The notes under the pieces are model-generated. The model was not told the origin of the DNA and made no database searches. It saw only the letters and a list, made by a program, of their open reading frames with translations. A stretch of 64,000 nt of DNA from Eledone cirrhosa (Eukaryota), in NCBI GenBank assembly GCA_964016885.1, contig OZ024741.1, forward strand, positions 256,742,001 to 256,806,000. Reading direction: 5' to 3'. This document shows, in pieces, positions 41,701-56,700 of this stretch. Every line of letters begins with the position of its first letter. Within the stretch, counting starts at the first letter, position 1. The translations under genes were made by a program, and so were the position numbers.

Positions 41701-44700
41701 AGTGTTCTGACTTACGAGTGTTTCGACTTACGAGTGTTTTGACTTACGGGTGTTTCGACTTACGAGTGTTTCGACTTACGAGTGTTAAGACTTACGGGTG
41801 TTTTGACATACGAGTGCTTCGATACGAGTGTTTCGACTTACGAGTGTTTTGACTTACGGGTGTTTTGACATACGAGTGTTTCGATACGAGTGTTTCGACT
41901 ACGAGTGTTTCGACTTACGAGTGTTTCGGCTTACGAGTGTTTCGACATACGGGTGTATCGATTTACGGTGTTTCGGCTTACGAGTGTTTCGACTTACGAA
42001 TGTGCTGACTTACGAGTGTTCTGACTTACGAGTGTTCTGACTTACGAGTGTTCTGACTTACGATTGTTCCGACTTACGAGTGTTTCGGCTTACGAGTGTT
42101 TCGGCTTACGAGTGTTTCGACTTACGAGTGTTTCGATTTACGAGTGTTTCGACTTACGAGTGCTTTGACTTACGGTGTTTCGGCTTACGAGTGTTTCGAC
42201 TTACGAGTGTTTTGACTTACTGGTGTTTTGACATACGAGTGTTTCGATACGAGTGTTTCGACTTACGAGTGTTCTGACTTACGAGTGTTCTGACGTAGGA
42301 GTGTTCTGACTTACGAGTGTTCTAACTTACGAGTGTTCTGACTTACGAGTGTTCTGACTTACGAGTGTTCCGACTTACGAGTGTTTCGGCTCACCAGTGT
42401 TTCGGCTTACGAGTGTTTCGACTTAGGAAAATAACAAATAGACGCGGTTTCAAATCTCTATGCTTTTCAAATTCATTACATTAATCTTTATTTATACGTT
42501 TCGCTTTACGAGTGTTTCGACTTACGAGTGTTTCGACTTACGAGTGTTTTGGCTTACGATTGTTTTGACTTACGAGTGTTTTGACTTACGGGTGTTTCGG
42601 CTTACGAGTGTTTCGACTTACGTGTGTTCTGACTTACGAGTGTTCTGACTTACGAGTGTTTCGGCTTACGAGTGTTTCGACTTACAAGTGCTTCGACTTA
42701 CGAGTGTTTCGGCTTACGGGTGTTTCGACTTACGAATGTTTTTGCTTGCGAGTGTTTCGATTTCGAGTGTTTCGGCTTATGAGTGTTTCGACTTACAAGT
42801 GTTTTGACTACGAGTGTTTCGATACGAGTGTTCTGACTTACGAGTGTTTCCGCTTACGAGTGTTTCGGCTTACGAGTGTTTCGACTTACTAATGTTTTTA
42901 CTTACGAGTGTTTCGGTGTACGAGTGTTTCGACTTAAGGATGTTTCGACTTACGAGTGTTTCGACTTACGAGTGTTTCGACTTACGAGTGTTTCGACTTA
43001 CGAGTGTTTTGGCTTACGAATGTTTTGACTTACGGGTGTTTCGACTTACGGGTGTTTCGGCTTACGAGTGTTTCGACTTGCGAGTGTTTTGACTTACGGG
43101 TGTTTTGATATACGAGTGTTTCGATACGAGTGTTCTGACTTACGAGTGTTCTGACTTACGAGTGTTCTGACTTACGAGTGTTCTGACTTACGAGTGTTCT
43201 GACATACGTGTGTTCTGACTTACGAGTGTTCCGATTTACGAGTGTTTCGGCTTATGAGTGTTTCGACTTACGAATGTTTTTGCTTACGAGTGTTTCGGCT
43301 TACGAGTGTTTCGACTTACGAAAATAACAAATAGACGTGGTTTCAAATCTCTATGCTTTTCAAATTCATTACATTAATCTTTATTTACACGTTTCGCTTT
43401 ACTAGTGTTTCGACTTACGAGTGTTTCGACTTACGAGTGTTTCGACTTACGAGTGTTTCGACTTACGAGTGTTTCGACTTACGAGTGTTTTGACTTACGA
43501 GTGTTCTGACTTACGAGTGTTCTGACTTACGAGTGTTTCGACTTACGAGTGTTCTGACTTACGAGTGTTCTGACTTACGAGTGTTCCGACTTACGAGTGT
43601 TTCGACTTACCAGTGTTTCGACTTACGAGTGTTTCGACTTACGAGTGTTTCGGCTTACGAGTGTTTTGACTTACGAGTGTTCTGACTACGAGTGTTCTGA
43701 CTTACGAGTGTTTCGGCTTATGAGTGTTTCGACTTACGAGTGTGTCGGCTTATGAGTGTTTCGACTTACGAGTGTTTCGGCTTACGATTGTTTCGATTTA
43801 CGAGTGTTTCGACTTACGAGTGTTTCGACTTACGGGTGTTTCGACTTACGAGTGTTTCGACTACGAGTGTTTCGACTTACGAGTGTTTCGGCTTACGAGT
43901 GTTTCGACATACGGGTGTTTCGACTTACGGTGTTTCGGCTTACGAGTGTTTCGACTTACGAGTGTTCTGACTTACGAGTGTTTCGGCTTACGAGTGTTTC
44001 GACTTACGAGTGTTTCGGCTTACGATTGTTTTGACTTACGAGTGTTTTGACTTACGGGTGTTTCGGCCTACGAGTGTTTCGACTTACGAGTGTTCTGACT
44101 TACGAGTGCACTGACTTACGAGCGTTTCGGCTTACGAGTGTTTCGACTTAAGAGTGTTCTGACTTACGAGTGTTTCGACTTACGAGCGTTCCGACTTACG
44201 AGTGTTTCGGCTTACGAGTGTTCCGACTTACGAGTGTTTCGACTTACGAGTGTTTCGACTTACGAGCGTTTTGTCTTACGAGTGTTTTGACTTACGGTGT
44301 TTCTGCTTACGAGTGTTTCGACTTACGAGTGTTAAGACTTACGGGTGTTTTGACATACGAGTGTTTCGACTTACGAGTGTTACGAGTGTTCTGACTTACG
44401 AGTGTTTCGACTTACGAGTGTTCTGACCTACGAGTGTTCTGACTTACGAGTGTTTCGACTTAAGGATGTTTCGACTTACGAGTGTTTCGACTTACGAGTG
44501 TTTCGACTTACGAGTGTTTCGACTTACGAGTGTTTTGGCTTACGAATGTTTTGACTTACGGGTGTTTCGACTTACGGGTGTTTCGGCTTACGAGTGTTTC
44601 GACTTATGAGTGTTCCGACTTACGAGTGTTTCGACTTACGAGTGTTCTGACTACGAGTGTTCTGACTTACGGGTGCTCTGACTTACGAGTGTTTCGACTT

Positions 44701-47700
44701 ACGAGTGTTTCGACTTATGAGTGTTTCGGCTTACGAGTGTTTTGACTTACGAGTGTTCTGACTACGAGTGTTCTGACTTACGAGTGTTTCGGCTTATGAG
44801 TGTTTCGACTTACGAGTGTTTCGGCTTATGAGTGTTTCGACTTACGAGTGTTTCGGCTTACGAGTGTTTCGACTTACGAGTGTTTCGACTTACGAGTGTT
44901 TCGACTTACGGGTGTTTCGACTTACGAGTGTTTCGACTTACGAGTGTTTCGACTTACGAGTGTTTCGGCTTACGAGTGTTTCGACATACGGGTGTTTCGA
45001 CTTACGGTGTTTCGGCTTACGAGTGTTTCGACTTACGAGTGTTTCGACTTACGAGTGTTTCGACTTACGGGTGTTTCGACTTACGAGTGTTCTGACTTAC
45101 GAGTGTTCTGACTTACGAGTGTTCCGACTTACGAGTGTTTCGGCTTACGAGTGTTTCGGCTTACGAGTGTTTCGACTTACGAGTGTTTCGACTTACGAGT
45201 GTTTCGACTTACGAGTGTTTCGACTTACGAGTGTTTTGACTTACGGTGTTTCGGCTTACGAGTGTTTCGACTTACGAGTGTTTTGACTTACTGGTGTTTT
45301 GACATACGAGTGTTTCGATACGAGTGTTTCGACTTACGAGTGTTCTGACTTACGAGTGTTCTGACTTACGAGTGTTCTAACTTACGAGTGTTCTGACTTA
45401 CGAGTGTTCTGACTTACGAGTGTTCCGACTTACGAGTGTTTCGGCTCACCAGTGTTTCGGCTTACGAGTGTTTCGACTTACGAAAATAACAAATAGACGC
45501 GGTTTCAAATCTCTATGCTTTTCATATTCATTACATTAATCTTTATTTATACGTTTCGCCTTACGAGTGTTTCGACTTACGAGTGTTTCGACTTACGAGT
45601 GTTTCGGCTTACGAGTGTTTCGACTTACGAGTGTTTTGACTTACGGGTGTTTTGACATACGAGTGTTTCGATACGAGTGTTCTGACTTACGAGTGTTCTG
45701 ACTTACGAGTGTTCTGACTTACGAGTGTTCTGACTTACGAGTGTTCTGACATACGTGTGTTCTGACTTACGAGTGTTCCGATTTACGAGTGTTTCGGCTT
45801 ATGAGTGTTTCGACTTACGAATGTTTTTGCTTACGGGTGTTTCGACTTACGAATGTTTTTGCTTACGAGTGTTTCGGCTTACGAGTGTTTCGACTTACGA
45901 AAATAACAAATAGACGTGGTTTCAAATCTCTATGCTTTTCAAATTCATTACATTAATCTTTATTTACACGTTTCGCTTTACTAGTGTTTCGACTTACGAG
46001 TGTTTCGACTTACGAGTGTTTCGACTTACGAGTGTTTCGACTTACGAGTGTTTTGACTTACGAGTGTTCTGACTTACGAGTGTTCTGACTTACGAGTGTT
46101 TCGACTTACGAGTGTTCTGACTTACGAGTGTTCCGACTTACGAGTGTTTCGACTTACGAGTGTTTCGACTTACGAGTGTTTCGGCTTATGAGTGTTTCGA
46201 CTTACGAGTGTTTCGGCTTATGAGTGTTTCGACTTACGAGTGTTTCGGCTTACGATTGTTTCAACTTACGAGTGTTTCGACTTACGAGTGTTTCGACATA
46301 CGGGTGTTTCGACTTACGAGTGTTTCGGCTACGAGTGTTTCGACTTACGAGTGTTTCGGCTTACGAGTGTTTCGACATACGGGTGTTTCGACTTACGGTG
46401 CTTCGGCTTACGAGTGTTTCGACTTACGAGTGTTCTGACTTACGAGTGTTCTGATTTACGAGTGTTCTGACTTACGAGTGTTCCGACTTACGAGTGTTTC
46501 GGCTTACGAGTGTTTCGGCTTACGAGTGTTTCGGCTTACGAGTGTTTCGACTTACGAGTGTTTCGACTTACGAGTGTTTCGACTTACGAGTGTTTTGACT
46601 TACGGTGTTTCGGCTTACGAGTGTTTCGACTTACGAGTGTTTTGACTTACTGGTGTTTTGACATACGAGTGTTTCGATACGAGTGTTTCGACTTACGAGT
46701 GTTCTGACTTACGAGTGTTTCGGCTTATGAGTGTTTCGACTTACGAGTGTTTCGGCTTATGAGTGTTTCGACTTACGAGTGTTTCGGCTTACGAGTGTTT
46801 CGACTTACGAGTGTTTCGACTTACGAGTGTTTCGACTTACGGGTGTTTCGACTTACGAGTGTTTCGACTTACGAGTGTTTCGACTTACGAGTGTTTCGGC
46901 TTACGAGTGTTTCGACATACGGGTGTTTCGACTTACGGTGTTTCGGCTTACGAGTGTTTCGACTTACGAGTGTTTCGACTTACGAGTGTTTCGACTTACG
47001 GGTGTTTCGACTTACGAGTGTTCTGACTTACGAGTGTTCTGACTTACGAGTGTTCCGACTTACGAGTGTTTCGGCTTACGAGTGTTTCGGCTTACGAGTG
47101 TTTCGACTTACGAGTGTTTCGACTTACGAGTGTTTCGACTTACGAGTGTTTCGACTTACGAGTGTTTTGACTTACGGTGTTTCGGCTTACGAGTGTTTCG
47201 ACTTACGAGTGTTTTGACTTACTGGTGTTTTGACATACGAGTGTTTCGATACGAGTGTTTCGACTTACGAGTGTTCTGACTTACGAGTGTTCTGACTTAC
47301 GAGTGTTCTAACTTACGAGTGTTCTGACTTACGAGTGTTCTGACTTACGAGTGTTCCGACTTACGAGTGTTTCGGCTCACCAGTGTTTCGGCTTACGAGT
47401 GTTTCGACTTACGAAAATAACAAATAGACGCGGTTTCAAATCTCTATGCTTTTCATATTCATTACATTAATCTTTATTTATACGTTTCGCCTTACGAGTG
47501 TTTCGACTTACGAGTGTTTCGGCTTACGAGTGTTTCGATTTACGAGTGTTTTGACTTACGGGTGTTTTGACATACGAGTGTTTCGATACGAGTGTTCTGA
47601 CTTACGAGTGTTCTGACTTACGAGTGTTCTGACTTACGAGTGTTCTGACTTACGAGTGTTCTGACATACGTGTGTTCTGACTTACGAGTGTTCCGATTTA

Positions 47701-50700
47701 CGAGTGTTTCGGCTTATGAGTGTTTCGACTTACGAATGTTTTTGCTTACGGGTGTTTCGACTTACGAATGTTTTTGCTTACGAGTGTTTCGGCTTACGAG
47801 TGTTTCGACTTACGAAAATAACAAATAGACGTGGTTTCAAATCTCTATGCTTTTCAAATTCATTACATTAATCTTTATTTACACGTTTCGCTTTACTAGT
47901 GTTTCGACTTACGAGTGTTTCGACTTACGAGTGTTTCGACTTACGAGTGTTTCGACTTACGAGTGTTTTGACTTACGAGTGTTCTGACTTACGAGTGTTC
48001 TGACTTACGAGTGTTTCGACTTACGAGTGTTCTGACTTACGAGTGTTCCGACTTACGAGTGTTTCGACTTACGAGTGTTTCGACTTACGAGTGTTTCGGC
48101 TTATGAGTGTTTCGACTTACGAGTGTTTCGGCTTATGAGTGTTTCGACTTACGAGTGTTTCGGCTTACGATTGTTTCAACTTACGAGTGTTTCGACTTAC
48201 GAGTGTTTCGACATACGGGTGTTTCGACTTACGAGTGTTTCGGCTACGAGTGTTTCGACTTACGAGTGTTTCGGCTTACGAGTGTTTCGACATACGGGTG
48301 TTTCGACTTACGGTGTTTCGGCTTACGAGTGTTTCGACTTACGAGTGTTCTGACTTACGAGTGTTCTGACTTACGAGTGTTCTGACTTACGAGTGTTCCG
48401 ACTTACGAGTGTTTCGGCTTACGAGTGTTTCGGCTTACGAGTGTTTCGGCTTACGAGTGTTTCGACTTACGAGTGTTTCGACTTACGAGTGTTTCGACTT
48501 ACGAGTGTTTTGACTTACGGTGTTTCGGCTTACGAGTGTTTCGACTTACGAGTGTTTTGACTTACTGGTGTTTTGACATACGAGTGTTTCGATACGAGTG
48601 TTTCGACTTACGAGTGTTCTGACTTACGAGTGTTCTGACTTACGAGTGTTCTGACTGACGAGTGTTCTAACTTACGAGTGTTCTGACTTACGAGTGATCT
48701 GACTTACGAGTGTTCCGAGTTACGAGTGTTTCGGCTCACCAGTGTTTCGGCTTACGAGTGTTTCGACTTACGAAAATAACAAATAGACGCGGTTTCAAAT
48801 CTCTATACTTTTCAAATTCATTACATTAATCTTTATTTATACGTTTCGCTTTACGAGTGTTTCGACTTACGAGTGTTTCGACTTACGAGTGTTTCGGCTT
48901 ACGATTGTTTTGACTTACGAGTGTTTTGACTTACGGGTGTTTCGGCCTACGAGTGTTTCGACTTACGAGTGTTCTGACTTACGAGTGTTTCGGCTTACGA
49001 GTGTTTCGACTTACGAGTGTTCTGACTTACGAGTGTTTCGACTTACGAGCGTTCCGACTTACGAGTGTTTCGGCTTACGAGTGTTCCGACTTACGAGTGT
49101 TTCGACTTACGAGTGTTTCGACTTACGAGCGTTTTGACTTACGAGTGTTTTGACTTACGGTGTTTCTGCTTACGAGTGTTTCGACTTACGAGGGTTAAGA
49201 CTTACGGGTGTTTTGACATACGAGTGTTTCGACTTACGAGTGTTACGAGTGTTCTGACTTACGAGTGTTTCGACTTACGAGTGTTCTGACCTACGAGTGT
49301 TCTGACTTACGAGTGTTTCGACTTACGAGTGTTTTGACTTACGGGTGTTTCGACTTACGAGTGTTTCGACTTACGAGTGTTAAGACTTACGGGTGTTTTG
49401 ACATACGAGTGCTTCGATACGAGTGTTTCGACTTACGAGTGTTTTGACTTACGGGTGTTTTGACATACGAGTGTTTCGATACGAGTGTTTCGACTACGAG
49501 TGTTTCGACTTATGAGTGTTTCGGCTTACGAGTGTTTCGACATACGGGTGTATCGATTTACGGTGTTTCGGCTTACGAGTGTTTCGACTTACGAATGTTC
49601 TGACTTACGAGTGTTCTGACTTACGAGTGTTCTGACTTACGAGTGTTCTGACTTACGATTGTTCCGACTTACGAGTGTTTCGGCTTACGAGTGTTTCGGC
49701 TTACGAGTGTTTCGACTTACGAGTGTTTCGATTTACGAGTGTTTCGACTTACGAGTGCTTTGACTTACGGTGTTTCGGCTTACGAGTGTTTCGACTTACG
49801 AGTGTTTTGACTTACTGGTGTTTTGACATACGAGTGTTTCGATACGAGTGTTTCGACTTACGAGTGTTCTGACTTACGAGTGTTCTGACGTAGGAGTGTT
49901 CTGACTTACGAGTGTTCTAACTTACGAGTGTTCTGACTTACGAGTGTTCTGACTTACGAGTGTTCCGACTTACGAGTGTTTCGGCTCACCAGTGTTTCGG
50001 CTTACGAGTGTTTCGACTTAGGAAAATAACAAATAGACGCGGTTTCAAATCTCTATGCTTTTCAAATTCATTACATTAATCTTTATTTATACGTTTCGCT
50101 TTACGAGTGTTTCGACTTACGAGTGTTTCGACTTACGAGTGTTTTGGCTTACGATTGTTTTGACTTACGAGTGTTTTGACTTACGGGTGTTTCGGCTTAC
50201 GAGTGTTTCGACTTACGTGTGTTCTGACTTACGAGTGTTCTGACTTACGAGTGTTTCGGCTTACGAGTGTTTCGACTTACAAGTGCTTCGACTTACGAGT
50301 GTTTCGGCTTACGGGTGTTTCGACTTACGAATGTTTTTGCTTGCGAGTGTTTCGGCTTACGAGTGTTTCGGCTTATGAGTGTTTCGACTTACAAGTGTTT
50401 TGACTACGAGTGTTTCGATACGAGTGTTCTGACTTACGAGTGTTTCCGCTTACGAGTGTTTCGGCTTACGAGTGTTTCGACTTACTAATGTTTTTACTTA
50501 CGAGTGTTTCGGTGTACGAGTGTTTCGACTTAAGGATGTTTCGACTTACGAGTGTTTCGACTTACGAGTGTTTCGACTTACGAGTGTTTCGACTTACGAG
50601 TGTTTTGGCTTACGAATGTTTTGACTTACGGGTGTTTCGACTTACGGGTGTTTCGGCTTACGAGTGTTTCGACTTGCGAGTGTTTTGACTTACGGGTGTT

Positions 50701-53700
50701 TTGATATACGAGTGTTTCGATACGAGTGTTCTGACTTACGAGTGTTCTGACTTACGAGTGTTCTGACTTACGAGTGTTCTGACTTACGAGTGTTCTGACA
50801 TACGTGTGTTCTGACTTACGAGTGTTCCGATTTACGAGTGTTTCGGCTTATGAGTGTTTCGACTTACGAATGTTTTTGCTTACGAGTGTTTCGGCTTACG
50901 AGTGTTTCGACTTACGAAAATAACAAATAGACGTGGTTTCAAATCTCTATGCTTTTCAAATTCATTACATTAATCTTTATTTACACGTTTCGCTTTACTA
51001 GTGTTTCGACTTACGAGTGTTTCGACTTACGAGTGTTTCGACTTACGAGTGTTTCGACTTACGAGTGTTTCGACTTACGAGTGTTTTGACTTACGAGTGT
51101 TCTGACTTACGAGTGTTCTGACTTACGAGTGTTTCGACTTACGAGTGTTCTGACTTACGAGTGTTCTGACTTACGAGTGTTCCGACTTACGAGTGTTTCG
51201 ACTTACCAGTGTTTCGACTTACGAGTGTTTCGACTTACGAGTGTTTCGGCTTATGAGTGTTTCGACTTACGAGTGTTTCGGCTTACGATTGTTTCGACTT
51301 ACGAGTGTTTCGACTTACGAGTGTTTCGACTTACGGGTGTTTCGACTTACGAGTGTTTCGACTACGAGTGTTTCGACTTACGAGTGTTTCGGCTTACGAG
51401 TGTTTCGACATACGGGTGTTTCGACTTACGGTGTTTCGGCTTACGAGTGTTTCGACTTACGAGTGTTCTGACTTACGAGTGTTTCGGCTTACGAGTGTTT
51501 CGACTTACGAGTGTTTCGGCTTACGATTGTTTTGACTTACGAGTGTTTTGACTTACGGGTGTTTCGGCCTACGAGTGTTTCGACTTACGAGTGTTCTGAC
51601 TTACGAGTGCACTGACTTACGAGCGTTTCGGCTTACGAGTGTTTCGACTTAAGAGTGTTCTGACTTACGAGTGTTTCGACTTACGAGCGTTCCGACTTAC
51701 GAGTGTTTCGGCTTACGAGTGTTCCGACTTACGAGTGTTTCGACTTACGAGTGTTTCGACTTACGAGCGTTTTGTCTTACGAGTGTTTTGACTTACGGTG
51801 TTTCTGCTTACGAGTGTTTCGACTTACGAGTGTTAAGACTTACGGGTGTTTTGACATACGAGTGTTTCGACTTACGAGTGTTACGAGTGTTCTGACTTAC
51901 GAGTGTTTCGACTTACGAGTGTTCTGACCTACGAGTGTTCTGACTTACGAGTGTTTCGACTTAAGGATGTTTCGACTTACGAGTGTTTCGACTTACGAGT
52001 GTTTCGACTTACGAGTGTTTCGACTTACGAGTGTTTTGGCTTACGAATGTTTTGACTTACGGGTGTTTCGACTTACGGGTGTTTCGGCTTACGAGTGTTT
52101 CGACTTATGAGTGTTCCGACTTACGAGTGTTTCGACTTACGAGTGTTCTGACTACGAGTGTTCTGACTTACGGGTGCTCTGACTTACGAGTGTTTCGACT
52201 TACGAGTGTTTCGACTTATGAGTGTTTCGGCTTACGAGTGTTTTGACTTACGAGTGTTCTGACTACGAGTGTTCTGACTTACGAGTGTTTCGGCTTATGA
52301 GTGTTTCGACTTACGAGTGTTTCGGCTTATGAGTGTTTCGACTTACGAGTGTTTCGGCTTACGAGTGTTTCGACTTACGAGTGTTTCGACTTACGAGTGT
52401 TTCGACTTACGGGTGTTTCGACTTACGAGTGTTTCGACTTACGAGTGTTTCGACTTACGAGTGTTTCGGCTTACGAGTGTTTCGACATACGGGTGTTTCG
52501 ACTTACGGTGTTTCGGCTTACGAGTGTTTCGACTTACGAGTGTTTCGACTTACGGGTGTTTCGACTTACGAGTGTTCTGACTTACGAGTGTTCTGACTTA
52601 CGAGTGTTCCGACTTACGAGTGTTTCGGCTTACGAGTGTTTCGGCTTACGAGTGTTTCGACTTACGAGTGTTTCGACTTACGAGTGTTTCGACTTACGAG
52701 TGTTTCGACTTACGAGTGTTTTGACTTACGGTGTTTCGGCTTACGAGTGTTTCGACTTACGAGTGTTTTGACTTACTGGTGTTTTGACATACGAGTGTTT
52801 CGATACGAGTGTTTCGACTTACGAGTGTTCTGACTTACGAGTGTTCTGACTTACGAGTGTTCTAACTTACGAGTGTTCTGACTTACGAGTGTTCTGACTT
52901 ACGAGTGTTCCGACTTACGAGTGTTTCGGCTCACCAGTGTTTCGGCTTACGAGTGTTTCGACTTACGAAAATAACAAATAGACGCGGTTTCAAATCTCTA
53001 TGCTTTTCATATTCATTACATTAATCTTTATTTATACGTTTCGCCTTACGAGTGTTTCGACTTACGAGTGTTTCGACTTACGAGTGTTTCGGCTTACGAG
53101 TGTTTCGACTTACGAGTGTTTTGACTTACGGGTGTTTTGACATACGAGTATTTCGATACGAGTGTTCTGACTTACGAGTGTTCTGACTTACGAGTGTTCT
53201 GACTTACGAGTGTTCTGACTTACGAGTGTTCTGACATACGTGTGTTCTGACTTAAGAGTGTTCCGATTTACGAGTGTTTCGGCTTATGAGTGTTTCGACT
53301 TACGAATGTTTTTGCTTACGGGTGTTTCGACTTACGAATGTTTTTGCTTACGAGTGTTTCGGCTTACGAGTGTTTCGACTTACGAAAATAACAAATAGAC
53401 GTGGTTTCAAATCTCTATGCTTTTCAAATTCATTACATTAATCTTTATTTACACGTTTCGCTTTACTAGTGTTTCGACTTACGAGTGTTTCGACTTACGA
53501 GTGTTTCGACTTATGAGTGTTTCGACTTACGAGTGTTTTGACTTACGAGTGTTCTGACTTACGAGTGTTCTGACTTACGAGTGTTTCGACTTACGAGTGT
53601 TCTGACTTACGAGTGTTCCGACTTACGAGTGTTTCGACTTACGAGTGTTTCGACTTACGAGTGTTTCGGCTTATGAGTGTTTCGACTTACGAGTGTTTCG

Positions 53701-56700
53701 GCTTATGAGTGTTTCGACTTACGAGTGTTTCGGCTTACGATTGTTTCAACTTACGAGTGTTTCGACTTACGAGTGTTTCGACATACGGGTGTTTCGACTT
53801 ACGAGTGTTTCGGCTACGAGTGTTTCGACTTACGAGTGTTTCGGCTTACGAGTGTTTCGACATACGGGTGTTTCGACTTACGGTGTTTCGGCTTACGAGT
53901 GTTTCGACTTACGAGTGTTCTGACTTACGAGTGTTCTGACTTACGAGTGTTCTGACTTACGAGTGTTCCGACTTACGAGTGTTTCGGCTTACGAGTGTTT
54001 CGGCTTACGAGTGTTTCGGCTTACGAGTGTTTCGACTTACGAGTGTTTCGACTTACGAGTGTTTCGACTTACGAGTGTTTTGACTTACGGTGTTTCGGCT
54101 TACGAGTGTTTCGACTTACGAGTGTTTTGACTTACTGGTGTTTTGACATACGAGTGTTTCGATACGAGTGTTTCGACTTACGAGTGTTCTGACTTACGAG
54201 TGTTCTGACTTACGAGTGTTCTGACTGACGAGTGTTCTAACTTACGAGTGTTCTGACTTACGAGTGTTCTGACTTACGAGTGTTCCGAGTTACGAGTGTT
54301 TCAGCTCACCAGTGTTTCGGCTTACGAGTGTTTCGACTTACGAAAATAACAAATAGACGCGGTTTCAAATCTCTATACTTTTCAAATTCATTACATTAAT
54401 CTTTATTTATACGTTTCGCTTTACGAGTGTTTCGACTTACGAGTGTTTCGACTTACGAGTGTTTCGGCTTACGATTGTTTTGACTTACGAGTGTTTTGAC
54501 TTACGGGTGTTTCGGCCTACGAGTGTTTCGACTTACGAGTGTTCTGACTTACGAGTGTTTCGGCTTACGAGTGTTTCGACTTACGAGTGTTCTGACTTAC
54601 GAGTGTTTCGACTTACGAGCGTTCCGACTTACGAGTGTTTCGGCTTACGAGTGTTCCGACTTACGAGTGTTTCGACTTACGAGTGTTTCGACTTACGAGC
54701 GTTTTGACTTACGAGTGTTTTGACTTACGGTGTTTCTGCTTACGAGTGTTTCGACTTACGAGGGTTAAGACTTACGGGTGTTTTGACATACGAGTGTTTC
54801 GACTTACGAGTGTTACGAGTGTTCTGACTTACGAGTGTTTCGACTTACGAGTGTTCTGACCTACGAGTGTTCTGACTTACGAGTGTTTCGACTTACGAGT
54901 GTTTTGACTTACGGGTGTTTCGACTTACGAGTGTTTCGACTTACGAGTGTTAAGACTTACGGGTGTTTTGACATACGAGTGCTTCGATACGAGTGTTTCG
55001 ACTTACGAGTGTTTTGACTTACGGGTGTTTTGACATACGAGTGTTTCGATACGAGTGTTTCGACTACGAGTGTTTCGACTTACGAGTGTTTCGGCTTACG
55101 AGTGTTTCGACATACGGGTGTATCGATTTACGGTGTTTCGGCTTACGAGTGTTTCGACTTACGAATGTTCTGACTTACGAGTGTTCTGACTTACGAGTGT
55201 TCTGACTTACGAGTGTTCTGACTTACGATTGTTCCGACTTACGAGTGTTTCGGCTTACGAGTGTTTCGGCTTACGAGTGTTTCGACTTACGAGTGTTTCG
55301 ATTTACGAGTGTTTCGACTTACGAGTGCTTTGACTTACGGTGTTTCGGCTTACGAGTGTTTCGACTTACGAGTGTTTTGACTTACTGGTGTTTTGACATA
55401 CGAGTGTTTCGATACGAGTGTTTCGACTTACGAGTGTTCTGACTTACGAGTGTTCTGACGTAGGAGTGTTCTGACTTACGAGTGTTCTAACTTACGAGTG
55501 TTCTGACTTACGAGTGTTCTGACTTACGAGTGTTCCGACTTACGAGTGTTTCGGCTCACCAGTGTTTCGGCTTACGAGTGTTTCGACTTAGGAAAATAAC
55601 AAATAGACGCGGTTTCAAATCTCTATGCTTTTCAAATTCATTACATTAATCTTTATTTATACGTTTCGCTTTACGAGTGTTTCGACTTACGAGTGTTTCG
55701 ACTTACGAGTGTTTTGGCTTACGATTGTTTTGACTTACGAGTGTTTTCACTTACGGGTGTTTCGGCTTACGAGTGTTTCGACTTACGTGTGTTCTGACTT
55801 ACGAGTGTTCTGACTTACGAGTGTTTCGGCTTACGAGTGTTTCGACTTACAAGTGCTTCGACTTACGAGTGTTTCGGCTTACGGGTGTTTCGACTTACGA
55901 ATGTTTTTGCTTGCGAGTGTTTCGGCTTACGAGTGTTTCGGCTTATGAGTGTTTCGACTTACAAGTGTTTTGACTACGAGTGTTTCGATACGAGTGTTCT
56001 GACTTACGAGTGTTTCCGCTTACGAGTGTTTCGGCTTACGAGTGTTTCGACTTACTAATGTTTTTACTTACGAGTGTTTCGGTGTACGAGTGTTTCGACT
56101 TAAGGATGTTTCGACTTACGAGTGTTTCGACTTACGAGTGTTTCGACTTACGAGTGTTTCGACTTACGAGTGTTTTGGCTTACGAATGTTTTGACTTACG
56201 GGTGTTTCGACTTACGGGTGTTTCGACTTGCGAGTGTTTTGACTTACGGGTGTTTTGATATACGAGTGTTTCGATACGAGTGTTCTGACTTACGAGTGTT
56301 CTGACTTACGAGTGTTCTGACTTACGAGTGTTCTGACTTACGAGTGTTCTGACTTACGAGTGTTCTGACTTACGAGTGTTCTGACTTACGAGTGTTCTGA
56401 CATACGTGTGTTCTGACTTACGAGTGTTCCGATTTACGAGTGTTTCGGCTTATGAGTGTTTCGACTTACGAATGTTTTTGCTTACGGGTGTTTCGACTTA
56501 CGAATGTTTTTGCTTACGAGTGTTTCGGCTTACGAGTGTTTCGACTTACGAAAATAACAAATAGACGTGGTTTCAAATCTCTATGCTTTTCAAATTCATT
56601 ACATTAATCTTTATTTACACGTTTCGCTTTACTAGTGTTTCGACTTACGAGTGTTTCGACTTACGAGTGTTTCGACTTACGAGTGTTTCGACTTACGAGT